Below, piece after piece: positions 25,000 to 38,297 of a stretch of 64,000 bases of DNA. Source of the DNA: Epiperipatus broadwayi (lineage: Eukaryota > Animalia > Onychophora); assembly GCA_028023455.1 (NCBI GenBank), contig JAQFVV010000003.1:11532001-11596000 (forward strand), written 5' to 3'. A model generated the notes under the pieces. That model did no database searches and had not been told where the DNA came from. It saw nothing but the letters and a program-made list of their open reading frames with translations. Both the position numbers and the translations under genes were made by a program. Position 1 is the first letter of the stretch. The number at the start of each line of letters is the position of its first letter.

Positions 25000-26112
25000 G
25001 TCTTGCATTGGTGATCGAGAGGTCATAGCATCAGCCAGGAAGCGAACCCGCTAAGCCGGGACAATTGCTTGTAAAGCAGATGTCGCTGACCAAAATGGAG
25101 AATTTCTTATAATTTAGTTATTTCAATAATCGATCTTTCTAAAATATAATGGACACAAATGTTTTTTAATGTTTATTATAAAAGAAGATTAGTTTGAGAC
25201 TTTAATCTTTTGTGAATATCATTTAAATAAACAATTTAGTATCTAGAGTTTTCTAAATAAAATAAGTGAACTTCAATTGAAAAAGTGCAAAATATTAAAT
25301 AATATTTTAAACTTAAGAAATAAATAAATAAATAAATAAATCGTTGAAAATAAATGTTCAAATTAAACAAAGTTAAAATAAACTTAGACTCATGTATATA
25401 TTAATTAATTGAATAGACCTTATAAATTACCTTATATGGAAATGAATTCCTAAGACACTAATTAATTATATAGATCTAAAACCCTTATAGATATGGAAAT
25501 AAATTCCTAAGACTAATTAATTGTATAGCCCTAAAACCTTATCGTATCAATAAATTCCTAAGAAAAATTTCATTGTATGAGAACAAAGCAGAAGTAAAAG
25601 TATTCCAGAAAAAGATAAGGAAACAAAAGAAGAGAGAGGTTATAAATCGATAGGAAAAAAAAACTGAGCACTCTTTCTGTAATTGCTGCTACTGTCGCTA
25701 TTCCATGAGTTAAAGAACAACAGATCATCATCGGAGGACTTCATTACCGGGATCTCAGCTTCTGTATATTACTTAGTTGACCAGTACTTTTAACAGACTG
25801 TCTCAATCTTATTATTATTTTGGACATCTCAAGAGGTTCTTAGAGGGGTGTGTTATAAAGATAATAGGCAGTAGTGAAAATAAAGTGAATTAATAGCTTA
25901 CCTAAACTGTATAAACATTATTTGCTATTCAGTAATTAACCTGTGAATTAGGCTCACTCAAATTCAGACTTTATATTTATGTTAAAGATCTGTATAGTAA
26001 TTCTTTTTCTTAATTGTTAATAAATTATTATTGCTAAATATATATATGCTATTATCTGTAGAGTTTATTGTATATTTGTTTACTGGTTGCTCAGTCATAG
26101 TTGGGGACACAA
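25000..26112 (+). mobile_element. Solo-LTR-like segment with internal ~55-bp tandem repeats
   Basis: Three aattcctaaga units at 25435-25565. tataaatc at ~25641 is followed by a GC-richer R/U5-like block that ends ggggacacaaca. Left boundary and TSD not found. Confidence 0.35.
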
Positions 26113-26869
26113 CAAAATTCCTGTAACTAGGAAAAAAAAGAAATTTTATGTATTTTTATATATGATACTCTTTTTTTTTATCCAATCCATCATAAAATAT
26201 AGACCTTTCAATGGGATGTAATGATCATTTAATGTACATTGGTTTAGATGGCATCTAAAATTTTGCAGAATAATATTAAAAGATTATTCGTACTTATACT
26301 CTAAATAGTTCTACTCAATATAGATTACACTGTGAAAATACTGTACTATATATATATATTTAAGTTCAGAAATTACCTTACGATCATATCACTCATTTAG
26401 AAAACATAAATTAATCACATATAGATATAAAAAAAATTGGAGAAAACATACTGCTAGTTGGATAAGCAAAAATAATAATAATAATTACATATGATATTTA
26501 TTTTAAGTATTTATTTTTATTAAAAGACATTATATATATATACACACACTCAAGGTCTTGATATTTATGACTCAAGTGGAGACTGAGCATAACACATTCA
26601 TTCACTTTACTATTGCATTGAACTGCAGAAAACAAAAACAAAATAATTTATTAAAATGATTAATACAAACCAAAACTCTCATATACAATATTTTTAAATT
26701 CTTTTATTTACACTAAGATTTCTATTAAATTTGGGTCAAGTTGTGCAACTGAATTTTAACTTCTCCCCAACAGTCTGTTTTTTTTTTTTCAAATTATCAT
26801 ATATATTTGTAATAGATGACAATGTAAAATTTCAAGGTTAGAATAAAATGATTCTCTTGTAATTTTTTC

Positions 26870-27110
26870 ATGCGTTTGGTTTTGATGCCAATACAATATT
26901 TCAGGGTATCCAGACTAACAATATTGTAAGACCACACTTCAAAACACATTCAACTCAATTTAAGTTTCTACTCTTTTACAAGAGATGGTGTGCCATTTTT
27001 TAAAGAAAACTCTTTCATTTAATTCGAGGAAGAAATTTTTGGGCATTTAAAGATAATTAAAATGGAAGCAAAAAGAAATGAAGAATAAAATCTTAATTTC
27101 CCTTTGAATT
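26870..27110 (+). mobile_element. Tc1/mariner transposase remnant
   Basis: ttacaagagatggtgtgccattt resembles decayed FQQDGAPPHF, and tttttgggcatttaaagata resembles FLWGYLKD. Confidence 0.35.
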
Positions 27111-27334
27111 GTTTGCATAAAATTTGCATTTTTTTTTAAACTGCTGCCTTCATAAAACAAAAATCCTGTAACTAATTTTAATATATAGACAGATAGATTT
27201 TATTTAACTTCTAATTTCAGTTTCTTTGGGTCAAATCTTGTAACTGATTTTAACCTACATCTATCAAATCGATTTTCTTCAAATTTTGTACAAGTGTATT
27301 TTTGAAGCAAAGAACCCAAACTCTAAATACTAAA

Positions 27335-27428
27335 TATATATATATATATTGTGACCATCTGAATGGGCACAAGATCTATATATATATAATATATATATAT
27401 ATATTGTGACCATCTGAATGGGCACAAG
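27335..27428. repeat. 24-bp tandem duplication embedded in TA runs
   Basis: tgtgaccatctgaatgggcacaag at 27350-27373 and 27405-27428, each preceded by (TA)n. Confidence 0.95.
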
Positions 27429-28649
27429 GGTTTAAGATACCTTGTATCTTAAATAAATAGCCATATTGTATTATAAAAAAAAAAATGAAATAGTCTTAGA
27501 ATTTTAAAAATTTTTGAACAACATTGTTTAAAGCTTAAATATGGGTTGCTTATGCAGTTTATTGACCACTTGATAGGTATTCATTAGTATTATTGTGGTT
27601 AATAGGATATATAATGTAAGGAAGGAGGGTTGTTTGTTAATGAAATTCATATATTTTGTTGGAAAAATGCAAAGTTATCCTGTGTTAGTATAATATTTAG
27701 TTGAATGGTTTTAAAATCCTTTATTTATTAATGCTTATCCTTTTGTCAACAGTTAATAGCAGCTTCAATTATATTTAGTTAAGACAGTTCAATATTTAGG
27801 TTGTAGTGCATGTGTATGCATGTTTGACTGCATTATGTTTCATTTCATTTTCATCCTTTAAATAACAGCCAACAATAGTACATTCACAATAAAAAACATT
27901 TAAACTACAGTAGTCATCTTAAATAATTAACAAATATATATTTCTTTCCAGTAATTAATAGATAGTTGAATCAATAAATTATTTTACAAATTAAATAAAT
28001 TATTAATCATTTTTATTTGATAGTTAATTAATATTCATTTTTCTTTCAGGTTTGTAAAAGCTATTTATTTCATTATTATTATTATTATTTTTGTCATTTA
28101 ATTCTGAAAATCAAAATCATTTTTTTTGTAAAAATTTTTTTTTTTGAATATGTAATTAGCAGAGTTAGCAAGATGCGTGGGAGTAAGCTAGTAACAAGAG
28201 GCAAATGAACTTTTGGCTAAAGAGGGAGAGCTTGTAACAAAGATCTCCAGTGTGTAAAAATTGACTTTGTAAGGAATTGGTGCCAAAAAAAAAAAAAACA
28301 GTGGCTTATATTTTTCAAGCAACTAAAGTTAATTGCTAAAGTCAGATTATAAGAAATATATCATGGAAGGAGCTAATTTCAATATGCAGAACTAAACTTT
28401 AAAGAGGTACTCAGTTTTACATGTTCTCTCTCAATTTAAACATTTTGAATTAATCCCTTCATCACTATTGCTCTTGTAAAAATGTATATTAATATCATGC
28501 AGTCTATATTATTTTATTTTATTTCAGTTTTAAATAAGAATGATTCACATAACTATTATTATTTTATCATTAAGCAACATATTTTTCTTTTGATATATGG
28601 AAAATGTGTGCAGAACTGTTATATAGAATACATATTATTCTCACTATTT

Positions 28650-30800
28650 TTCGTGCTATGACTTGCGAGGATTATACATAGACTTAAGGATGTGTCTATC
28701 TTGATAGAGCATACCATGTTTAAATTCTTCTTAATTAGATAACAATATTCATTTATTGGATATGTCTGGAGCTAATACGCATTTATAAATTAAGGAAATA
28801 AAATATAAACTACTTCTGTTGAAATTGAATTTGATTGACAAAATTGTTGGTAAATTTTGGTTCTCTTCAATAAAAACGGAATATCAAACAAAGCATTATT
28901 AATAACGGAATTACTAAAGACAATTTAAAGTGTAGAATGCTATTCAAAATAATAAGGACAATTGCGTATTTAATCCAGAACGGCACGAGGAATATCGTAT
29001 ATTTCTCAGTATAATAAAGGAGAAATTAACTGCTTGTGTATGATTTGGTGTCTAAAATGGATATGCTATGAACACTGAAAAGTAGTGGGTATATTTAAGT
29101 TACGCTTATATTTTTTTTATTAAGTTAAACTGCAGAAGTGCATTTAGTTTAAATTCGGTTTGGAATGTGCCCTATACTGTTTATTATAATCCCGGAGTGA
29201 AGCTTTGCAAATGAACTGTTTATTCAAATTACAAAACTAATAACTTTTGTGTTTTGTTTTGTTTTATTACTTAACTCATATATAATGTATATGATGGATA
29301 GAGAAGCTTTAATATTATTATGTTTATTTTATAATCTACGTTATTTTGATTTTCAAGACCGTCTCCGGAAACGTGCTACTTAAAGGAGTAGTACGTCGTC
29401 GGTAAAAAAAAAAATTGATTGTGTTCAAATAGGTCTTATTATTTTCCTTACGAGGATGAAAGAAATAATTTAATAATATATTATTAGAGAGGTTTACATT
29501 TTATTATGCATATTTTATTATCTTAAAGTGAGAATTATTATTATTATTTTTTTTGAATCAACAAACGTATAATAAAAATAGTTCGTTCATAATAATTAGA
29601 AGCATTGAATCTTAAAAAGTAACCTAAAGTTTATTAAATTAAAAAGTTATACCTTAATGCAATATTTAATTATCATATTACCTGCTTAGTGTGTAATTTA
29701 GGGTTAATATTATAAATACTTTTATTTGCGAGTGTGTGTTTGTTTTGCACAATTGTAATATTTGTGTGATAAAGTATAATTTGTGAATATTTTATGCATA
29801 AATTCGTACACTGTTGTATTTTCTGAGTTGAACAGATTGATGATATATTATCTGTAGGCATTTGTCTGCCAGCATGTATTTATAAGGTTCAATGTTTTTA
29901 GAAGCTATGAGAATAGAAAGAAATCTGATTGCGTATAATATCTGTAGGGATGAAAGATCTTGCTTATTTAATACATGTTAATAATTTTCCATGAGTAGAG
30001 CCAAGTTTATTTTATATGCGTATGATTAATGATAATTTATTGAAGTGATGTTCTTAGGGTCCTGGTGTCGAGGAATTAAAAATCCCCACCAATAATGTAT
30101 TTGGAAGTAGTGGAGTTATTGTTGAAATATAATTAAGTGATATAGGAAGTTATGTGACGTTTTTCTTGGATTCTTGGTGTTGAGGAAATGTTCTCCACCA
30201 AAGGTATATTTGAAATCAGATGAATTATTGTAGAAGTGTTCGATAAGAGTTACCTGCTCCTCATGAAGATTCCCTTTATAACGTATGGTATATAAAATCA
30301 TAAAAATATAGCTTTGTGTTAATTAAAATGTGGCTAGATAAATTGTTAGATTAATTCTGATGTAGTACTAGTGTCATATTTATTGATGAATTACGACATT
30401 GTTCGAGATAAAATAATTATATAATGTTTTCTTAATGAATGGAGAGTTTAAAAAAAAAATTGTTTTATATTATTGCTGCTTGAACGTACACACACACACG
30501 CGTAATTTAAATACTATCGCGTATATAAAGTATAGAATTATTGAAATATAAAAATGAGAAATAAATGCTTGGAAATATACTACATTCAGTTAATAAAAGT
30601 ATAAAACATTAAGATTTAAACAGGAAATTAAGTATTTTAAAATACAATGTATCTATTTAAATAAAAATTAATCATCAAATCATCAGAATAAACATGATTT
30701 TGCTATGTGTGAAAGGTATAAGGAATTGGAATGATTATTTAGGCAATTATAGAAAGTTGCTTTGCTGAAAGCCAAATATAAGTGATTCGATTTATTTTAT
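28650..30800. promoter_or_regulatory. CpG-retaining region, probable unmethylated promoter
   Basis: About 20 CpGs counted by eye in 28660-29460, close to expectation, against strong depletion elsewhere. Core accgtctccggaaacgtg...gtacgtcgtcg at 29358-29401 has an ETS-like CCGGAA and a possible donor cg|gtaaaa. Confidence 0.5.
30060..30300 (-). mobile_element. LINE apurinic endonuclease fragment with an internal diverged duplication
   Basis: KYIIGGDF (~30080-30105) matches the APE motif IIxGDFN. A second copy, KYTFGGEHF, is in ORF 30116-30301. Confidence 0.5.
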
Positions 30801-32537
30801 CAATCAACAGTAATATCCTCTCGAAAGTATATATATATTTTTTTGTTTGTGCTAATAATATAATATATAATTTTTTTTTATTGTCTTATAGATGAAACAT
30901 ATAAGCAAAGTATGTGTTCCAAGTTGGGATCTTTAAGTTCATTATTAGTTTGTTTACATAGTAGGAATCCCAAACTGTTGCTAAAAATTTATTTAATAAT
31001 TTAAAAGTCTGCAAAACAAGAAGACTTATTTGTAAATATTATGTTGGACCAAATTTATTTTGTTTATTGTAATAAATGATTTGTTTAGTTATTTAAATTT
31101 AAAACAATTGTGTCGTGAGTTATTTTGTATACATTCGTATTTCCATTTCCACATCTCCACATTGTATAAATCTATTATAAAACAGATACACTATTTTAAA
31201 GTTATCATATTAAATTTGCTAGTGTCTGACAATATTGTATTTCTTAATCCAAACATGATAAAGAGTAATTGCCACTTGATAAACGTATTAGAAAGGTTGC
31301 CAAGTCAGTATATTTGTTAGATGATGATATGAGATTAAAATACCCTATCTCTGTCATTATCTTATTATTGAAACATAGTAAAATATATTAGTCAATTTGT
31401 TTTATTATGTTTTTCTCATATTTTAGAATTATAACTTATGGGCAATGGAGTTTATTAATTCAACTGTGTTTATTAAATTCCCTGAGATCTTATTATTTAT
31501 TTCTTGATTGGCATTAAAGTAGATGTGTAGATTATAATATGCCAAGTAATAGAATTGTTTAAGAATATAATTTTAGCAAGATGATATATGTTGTACTTGG
31601 ATGAAGGAAGAAATTAAGTTTAAAGTATATTTTAATAGACTGTATCAAATAAACATTATGATTCTTTATCATACAATTAATTAACAAAGGACTTTACATT
31701 ATATTGAATGTTTTATAATATTTCTTCTTTTATTCATTTATTATCATGTATCTTAAGAACTGCCTATAGCCTCCCACTGAGCTGAGCTGAACATAAACTT
31801 AAATATATGAGTCTCAGTAATAGTTTTATATTATATCTTTTATTATATTGTTCTATTCATTGGTAGAACTGGCGCCTGGGCATTTCGCTCATGTAATGTA
31901 TATGAGCGGTGTTGGAAGTGTAGGTTATAATATATATATTCTAAGAAATGCTTTTATTCAATATAAGGACTAATGAAACATTTAAAAAAAAAATTTTTTT
32001 TTCTTGTACCACAATTTTGTTTGTTACATGCAACTTTAAATAAAAATACAAGGAATCCACAAATAATTAATTCAAGCAATAATAGAATATTTTTGGTTTG
32101 ATCACAAATTGTAATGTTTGACTTAATTAATTTATAGATGCTTCATAATTTGTTTAAAATTACATAAACAATCAAAATTATAGTTCAAGAAAAAAAATAT
32201 TTTTTTTTGCTTCTTAGCTTATAATAGCCCTCAAATTAAATAAAAGCATTTCTGTAAAAAAATTACATATATTATATAGTGATATTATTAATATTTTAGT
32301 TTATTATTATGCTAACCTAAAAGAGATGTATATTAAACAATAACTATTTTTTCCAAAAAAAAAGACAAAACTGTTTAGGATCTGCATGTTATCCTGGATA
32401 AGATATTACAAACCTTGTGGTTTGCTGTTCCTTTTGATTAACTCATATTTTCTCCTATTAATTTGCAATCTGAAATGTTAATTTATTTTATAACTGGAAA
32501 TAGATATGTCAACTTATTTAATTAAAAACAAAACAAA

Positions 32538-32625
32538 ATGACAAATACTGACTCTCAGAAAATCGAGAAAATGTTGAAGGCAGTTTCTTCTCTGTCAATT
32601 TCAAAGGATATCATATTAAGATCAG
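32538..32625 (+). CDS. Candidate first coding exon (MTNTDSQKIEKMLKAVSSLSISKDIILRS)
   Basis: caaaATG context, open frame, ends tcag|gtaaat. No convincing in-phase downstream exon found. Confidence 0.25.
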
Positions 32626-33271
32626 GTAAATATTTAATAAATCTATATAATTTAAGAATTTAAAAAAAATTGACAAAAAATAATGTTAAAAAATAATTCA
32701 GAACACTTATTAGAGTCAATGTTATTCATTGTCAAACTTATTTTTACTAATCTTACCATTTTTATTATAATTATAATCTTATCATTTACATACAAATATA
32801 AAAAAATAAAAAATAAAAATAATAATACAGTGAAATCAGATCACAAAAATAATATCAAATATGTTGAATAAATATCACAAAACAAAACAATAATATTAAT
32901 GTCATTCAGTAAAGTTAAGAATTATTGAAAACTTATCCCACATTATTAAATAAGTATAATAAAAAACTACGATCAATCTGATAGATATCTAACACAGTCA
33001 TACCCATTTCTTTTTAATTATTTCTGTGAATTACAAAATCATGATTTATTAAACAATCCAATTAACAGTTATTCTTTACAGCTAAATCATTTATTCATTT
33101 AGACTATTTCACAAAGCAACAGTGAGAGAGAGCAGAGAATACATTAAACATTACCATGTGAAAAAAATAAACAAACTTAATCACAAATAGATACATAATT
33201 CTTGCTCTACCCAATTTCATAAGTGAAGTTATGTGCAAAAATAATATTGCTCAACATTTTAAAGAGCTTAC

Positions 33272-33293
33272 TCCAGAAATATCCTTTGAAATT
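33272..33293 (-). CDS. Candidate 22-nt microexon (ISKDISG)
   Basis: tttgttag|aatttcaaaggatatttctgga|gtaagc. In phase with 33603-33622. Confidence 0.22.
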
Positions 33294-33602
33294 CTAACAA
33301 ACATATGAGAGATCTTAAAATGAAACAGAGCACTTTCCTCATCAAATATTTTTGAGATCAATCTCAATAATAATAAGCATTTGAAGTCATCAACCACTTT
33401 GCTTTAAATGTGCAAAATTAAGTCAGATTGCATTTAAATGCATTGCAGCAACAATTAAAAATAAATATATGAACTTTGTACAATGATTAAAAACCTAGAT
33501 ATAGACAAATGTTTCTTCAAACAACATTAAATATTCAATTATGAAAATTACAATATATGTCTGCTTCAAATGAAGAACAATTTATTAACAAACAACAAGT
33601 AC

Positions 33603-33667
33603 CTGAACATTCTGTTATCCATCCTTACACAACTTATCTGATATACTTCTCACACAGATAAACCAAA
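33603..33667 (-). CDS. Candidate exon with internal ATG (MDNRMF)
   Basis: tttttcatgttttataag|...ggATGgataacagaatgttcag|gtactt. ATG at 33622-33620. Confidence 0.22.
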
Positions 33668-35529
33668 CTTATAAAACATGAAAAACTTAAAAGTGAAATA
33701 TAAATACCAAACATCATTACCTATGATGACAAACATATAAACAATTCTTCAAAACCTTAAGGGATAATCAACATGCAAAATACTAGATATATTTTAATTT
33801 TAGATGTTAATAGTAAAATACCCAAAATCTTTGACACTTGGAGGAAGCAAATTAAAAAAGAGCACTATTTTAGTACCATAAATAAATAATAATCCTTATT
33901 TAAACATTGCTATGATTAATTTATATGGTTTAAATGCCATATAATGAAATCAATATATTTTCATTCTAGATGCCAGAATTTGAATTTTGAAACTATTATT
34001 GAGATTGAGCAGAGAGGTGTTTGAGATTAATTGGTATTATTAGTCAACTATTTACTGCTAAACTTCTGACAGCTAGTATATGCATATGTATTTTTTGTGC
34101 TCAGCATTTCATATTTAATATTCATACTGAAATGATTAATTTATATATATAATTAGAATAAGCATAACACATTATTAAATGAATAGATAATAAAAAATAT
34201 GACAATATATAATATTTTATTCATTATATATTGTAATAAGAATTGTAATTTTTAATATTTACTAGGCCTAATCTGATAAAAATTATGACACAATTATTAC
34301 TTCCACTCTCAGGCTCTAACATTCCTTTAATAAACAAGATTATTTGTTTTATAGATACTTAAAAATCAAAGAAATGTATTACCATTGTTTTTGGTTGTTT
34401 GTTTTTACTATTTAAGATCTTAATACCATGCTATCTTTAAAATCTCTAGCCTCAGACTAAATTCCCTTAATGTTGATTTTCATGTAAACATTATGTTTCT
34501 TCAACACTTGATAAATAGCATTTTCTGTGGCAAAGGAAAGCTTAAGAAGAAATATATCTTTGATAGTTCAGCTGAATGTAAAATTTTTACTGTTTTCTAT
34601 TTAAAAACAAATAAAATAATTGATAAAATGCTAAAAATCTTAATGAATAGTTACATTTTAATAAATAAAATCATGGTATTATAAGCAGATTTTTAAAAAA
34701 ATATTTGTGTAGTGTGCCCTGCACAATTTAAGTTTACTACACATTTGCTATAAATTTTAATATTAACTATAAAAATTTCATTTGCTGTATTCAGGCTATC
34801 AATGAGCTATACAGTTTTTGAGCAGCAGAATAATCTTGAAGAAAAAATAAACAATGTCAAACTAACAGTATTTCTGGTCTCTTGTAAGATGGGATGTTGA
34901 TTGCTCAAAGTCTAGATACTACTATTTCCAATACAAAATTCACTTAATTTCCTTCTTAAATTGCATAAGTTAGTGTAGGATTTGGCCATTATAATCCTCT
35001 TAAACTATTGGTCATCTCCCAAACAAATTGTGACAATGAAATCATGTGGTTGTGAAATCATATTTTCATCCTTTAACTACATATACATCATTTCTGACTC
35101 CTATTCCCTTTTCTTTCTTTTTTTTTCAGTTCAAGACTTTGAGAATTAAGAAAGCAATGATAGGCATTGGCTTAGTACATTTTCAGATTTAATTATGATC
35201 TTTTCTTGAGGCACTGAAATTACTAATGACTAGTTTCAGGTAGAAAATATATGTTTAGACAAATTTTATAGGAATCCTCTGCCTGCCACAAAAGTGGAAA
35301 GGACCAAGAAAATGTGGCCTAAAAATGATTCATCTCACACAGTCTGGCTAGATGATTATGTCTGATTGATTAATCATTATAGCATTAAAAGTAGCATTAA
35401 AAGTAGAAAGAGGTTTATTATAAGCTTGTTTGGAAAGTCATATCAATTAATAAACACAGGAAGCAGAAATAGTACTAAAGATAAAAAGTATATTTTTTTT
35501 CCTTCTAAATATATGTATGTAGAATGTGT

Positions 35530-38297
35530 AATTTTTTCTTGATACAAACTTTTCAAGACTGGAATGGAACACCACACTAATAACTAAGGAGCTGACAAGA
35601 ATTATGATTGATATAGTTGCTCTTAATGAAATTCATCTTTCAGAAAGAGGTTTATTATAAGCTTGTTTGGAAAGTCATATCAATTAATAAACAAGAGTGC
35701 ATAGTTTATTTGTACTAAAGTCTAATTTACTATCTTCTATTCTTGGAATTCCTCACTGTTTTATTCTTGGAATTTCTTACTGTTGCACGATGGTATTACT
35801 GCTTATTTTATTAGTGCACACACTTCAATATTACATTCGTAGAAAGTTTTTATTCCTTACTAGATAGCATTATTACAGACATCTTTTTTTTTCTTTTTGA
35901 AGACATTAAAGCATCTGTTAGTACAAATAGTAGACGTTGATCAAAAGTTGCTGAAAATAATAGTATTAGTGCTGTAATTAATATTGGTCTCTTATCATTG
36001 AATTTTTTGCATAACATATAGAATGACTATCATAAATACTTTATTTAGACAAATCATTATATAAAAGATAGATCAAAACAATGGCATTTAATAGATTACT
36101 TTATAGATGTGAATCAAAATCCAAGAGCAATTCTAAGTGCAGATTGTTAAACAGATCACAGATTAGTATTCTCCAGGATTAAAATATTTGGATTTAAAAA
36201 TAGGTCTTCTCCATTCATGTTCACAGGGAAATTGATATTTCTTCTTTAGAAGTATCTACTACATAAATTAAATTTCAACAACTATTAAACTTAAATTGTT
36301 AATTTGGACTTTCAGGATTGTCATATTACTGAAGTTTGGAATTATTTTAAGGAGTGTGTTATGCATATAAGTAAATCTAATTTTAAGTTCACTTAAAAAA
36401 AAGTTATTACTGGTTTTCTGACAATGATCTTATTACAAAGGAAAATGATGTTTTTCTGCTTGGCAGAAAAATAAATGTCAAATTTCATAATAAATAAAGA
36501 GATTTAAAGGAAAAAATTTAATTACTGACAAGAATGCTTAAGAATTAAAACTGCAAAGGAGATAGTTATTAATTGATCATGATCATTACAGAGCTTTTTT
36601 GAAATAACTTAAAGATATCACAATCCTATTAAATTTCAGGAAGGGCACTCTCTGATATGATGATAATATTTTGGGCATGTGGAAGTATAATGATCTTTTT
36701 TTAAAGAATATTAAAAGAATTGAAATGACCTTTAATGATATACCTATTTTATTTGCTCATTTAGCTTTTGATAAAGATATCCAGCTTAGTGAAGTTAGAA
36801 CAAACTTTTGTAATCTTAAAAATGGAAAATATAACGGGAATGTTACTTTCAAAATTATTTACTTTTTTTAGGATTCATGAAGTTGTGATGTTTGATGGCT
36901 TCTATTACTCCAATCTTTAAAAAAAGAATATATAAGATTGCAGGAATTATTATGGAATCTCATTATTATCCTTTAGAAAAAAAGGTATTTTCAAGAATTT
37001 TGTTGAGTAGATTGCTTCCAGTTACAGATGAATAATTATAGAGATTCAAAGTGGTGTTAGAGGATTGCTTTTTACTACCAGGCAAGTGCAAAAAAATGTC
37101 AGGGAAAAAAACAATTATTTTTATATTAATTTTATAGATTTGGTCATGGTATTTGATTTAATTAATTGAAATGATCTATGATATTATTTAAAATTAGTTG
37201 GGTGTAAATCAAAATTTATTTGTATTATACAGCTTCTACATGATGGAATAAGAAGTGTTATTACTAATAGGTGGGAAATGTGAGCATTTGAAGTGAAAAC
37301 TGGATGTAAATTTTATGAAAGTGATTTTTGGAACTGCAAATAGAATACTTACTGAAACAAAATTTAGGATGTGATATAGGTTTAACATTGAAATTTGTAA
37401 TTTGAACTCATTAAAAGCAAAATTTAATGTTGTTTTCTGGATTTACAATATGTTTGGTAATTGTCTTATTTTTTCCAGTCAATAGATGCTCTACAGAATG
37501 TACTTAATGTTTTGAATTTAACCTGTAAAGACATCAGATTAATTAATAATCAATGTACAAAAAACTCAAGTTCTTTATCAACCAATGATGAAAGAAAAAT
37601 TCTCAGCAACATTTAATTTGGCTGATTATTAACTTGACAATGAAGACTATTTTAAATATTTTTTATAGTTTTATAAATAGAAAAGTTATCTAAGATGTTG
37701 AAATTCAACACAGAATCCAATATGTGCTGCGGTTGCTTTTAATAAGTTAGAAAATATAGTATTCCACCACAAAAAAAGGGATTACTATAACTAAATTAGC
37801 TATATATAAAAATATTATTTTAATTAATTTAATATATGGAAATAAAACTTGGATATCCTATCAATACCACATAAGGATATTAGAAATATTTTATTTAAGG
37901 ATGCTTTGTAAAATTTTAAAAAGACAATAACAAGATCATAAAAATAATTAATATATTTTTTAAGTTGCTGAATGTACTATTATAGAGTACAATGTTACAA
38001 AATCATATCTTTATTCAACTGGACTCCTAAAAAACTATTTTATCTTAAGTATAGTTTTCATGGGAGAATCAACTCCCATGTATGTTAAAAGGATATTCTC
38101 AAAGACATTCATTGGGAAAATATAGCAACAAATCAACATAGTATTAAAGTATTTTATAAAAAAAAATTGCAAAATATCAAACAAATGAATTAATATAGTT
38201 ATTGCAAAACTCATCTCCAGTGTAGCTTTTTTTTATATATCTTTTTTCTTGGAATTAGAATGGCCATAATCATATAAATAAGACTGATGATGATGAT
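35530..38297 (+). mobile_element. Decayed RTE LINE, BovB-like (endonuclease plus RT)
   Basis: In order: KELTRIMIDIVALNEIHLSERG (cf. RELARYNIDIAALSETRL); SADC*TDHRL; KNGK; RQVQKKCQG / FIDLVMVFD (cf. RQxQEKCREQ / FIDLTKAFD); LLHDG; VKTG; HRIQ..AVAFNKL; TKLAIYK..LIYGNKTW. A (TGA)n tail lies at 38284-38297. Confidence 0.85.

Noticed and set aside
28170-28260. Short plus-strand ORF MRGSKLVTRGK after a poly-T acceptor
   Set aside because: Only 11 codons, with no donor and no homology.
34793-35229. Plus-strand exons continuing the 32538-32625 candidate
   Set aside because: The acceptors look good but the required phase-1 frame hits stops at once. At most these are non-coding exons.
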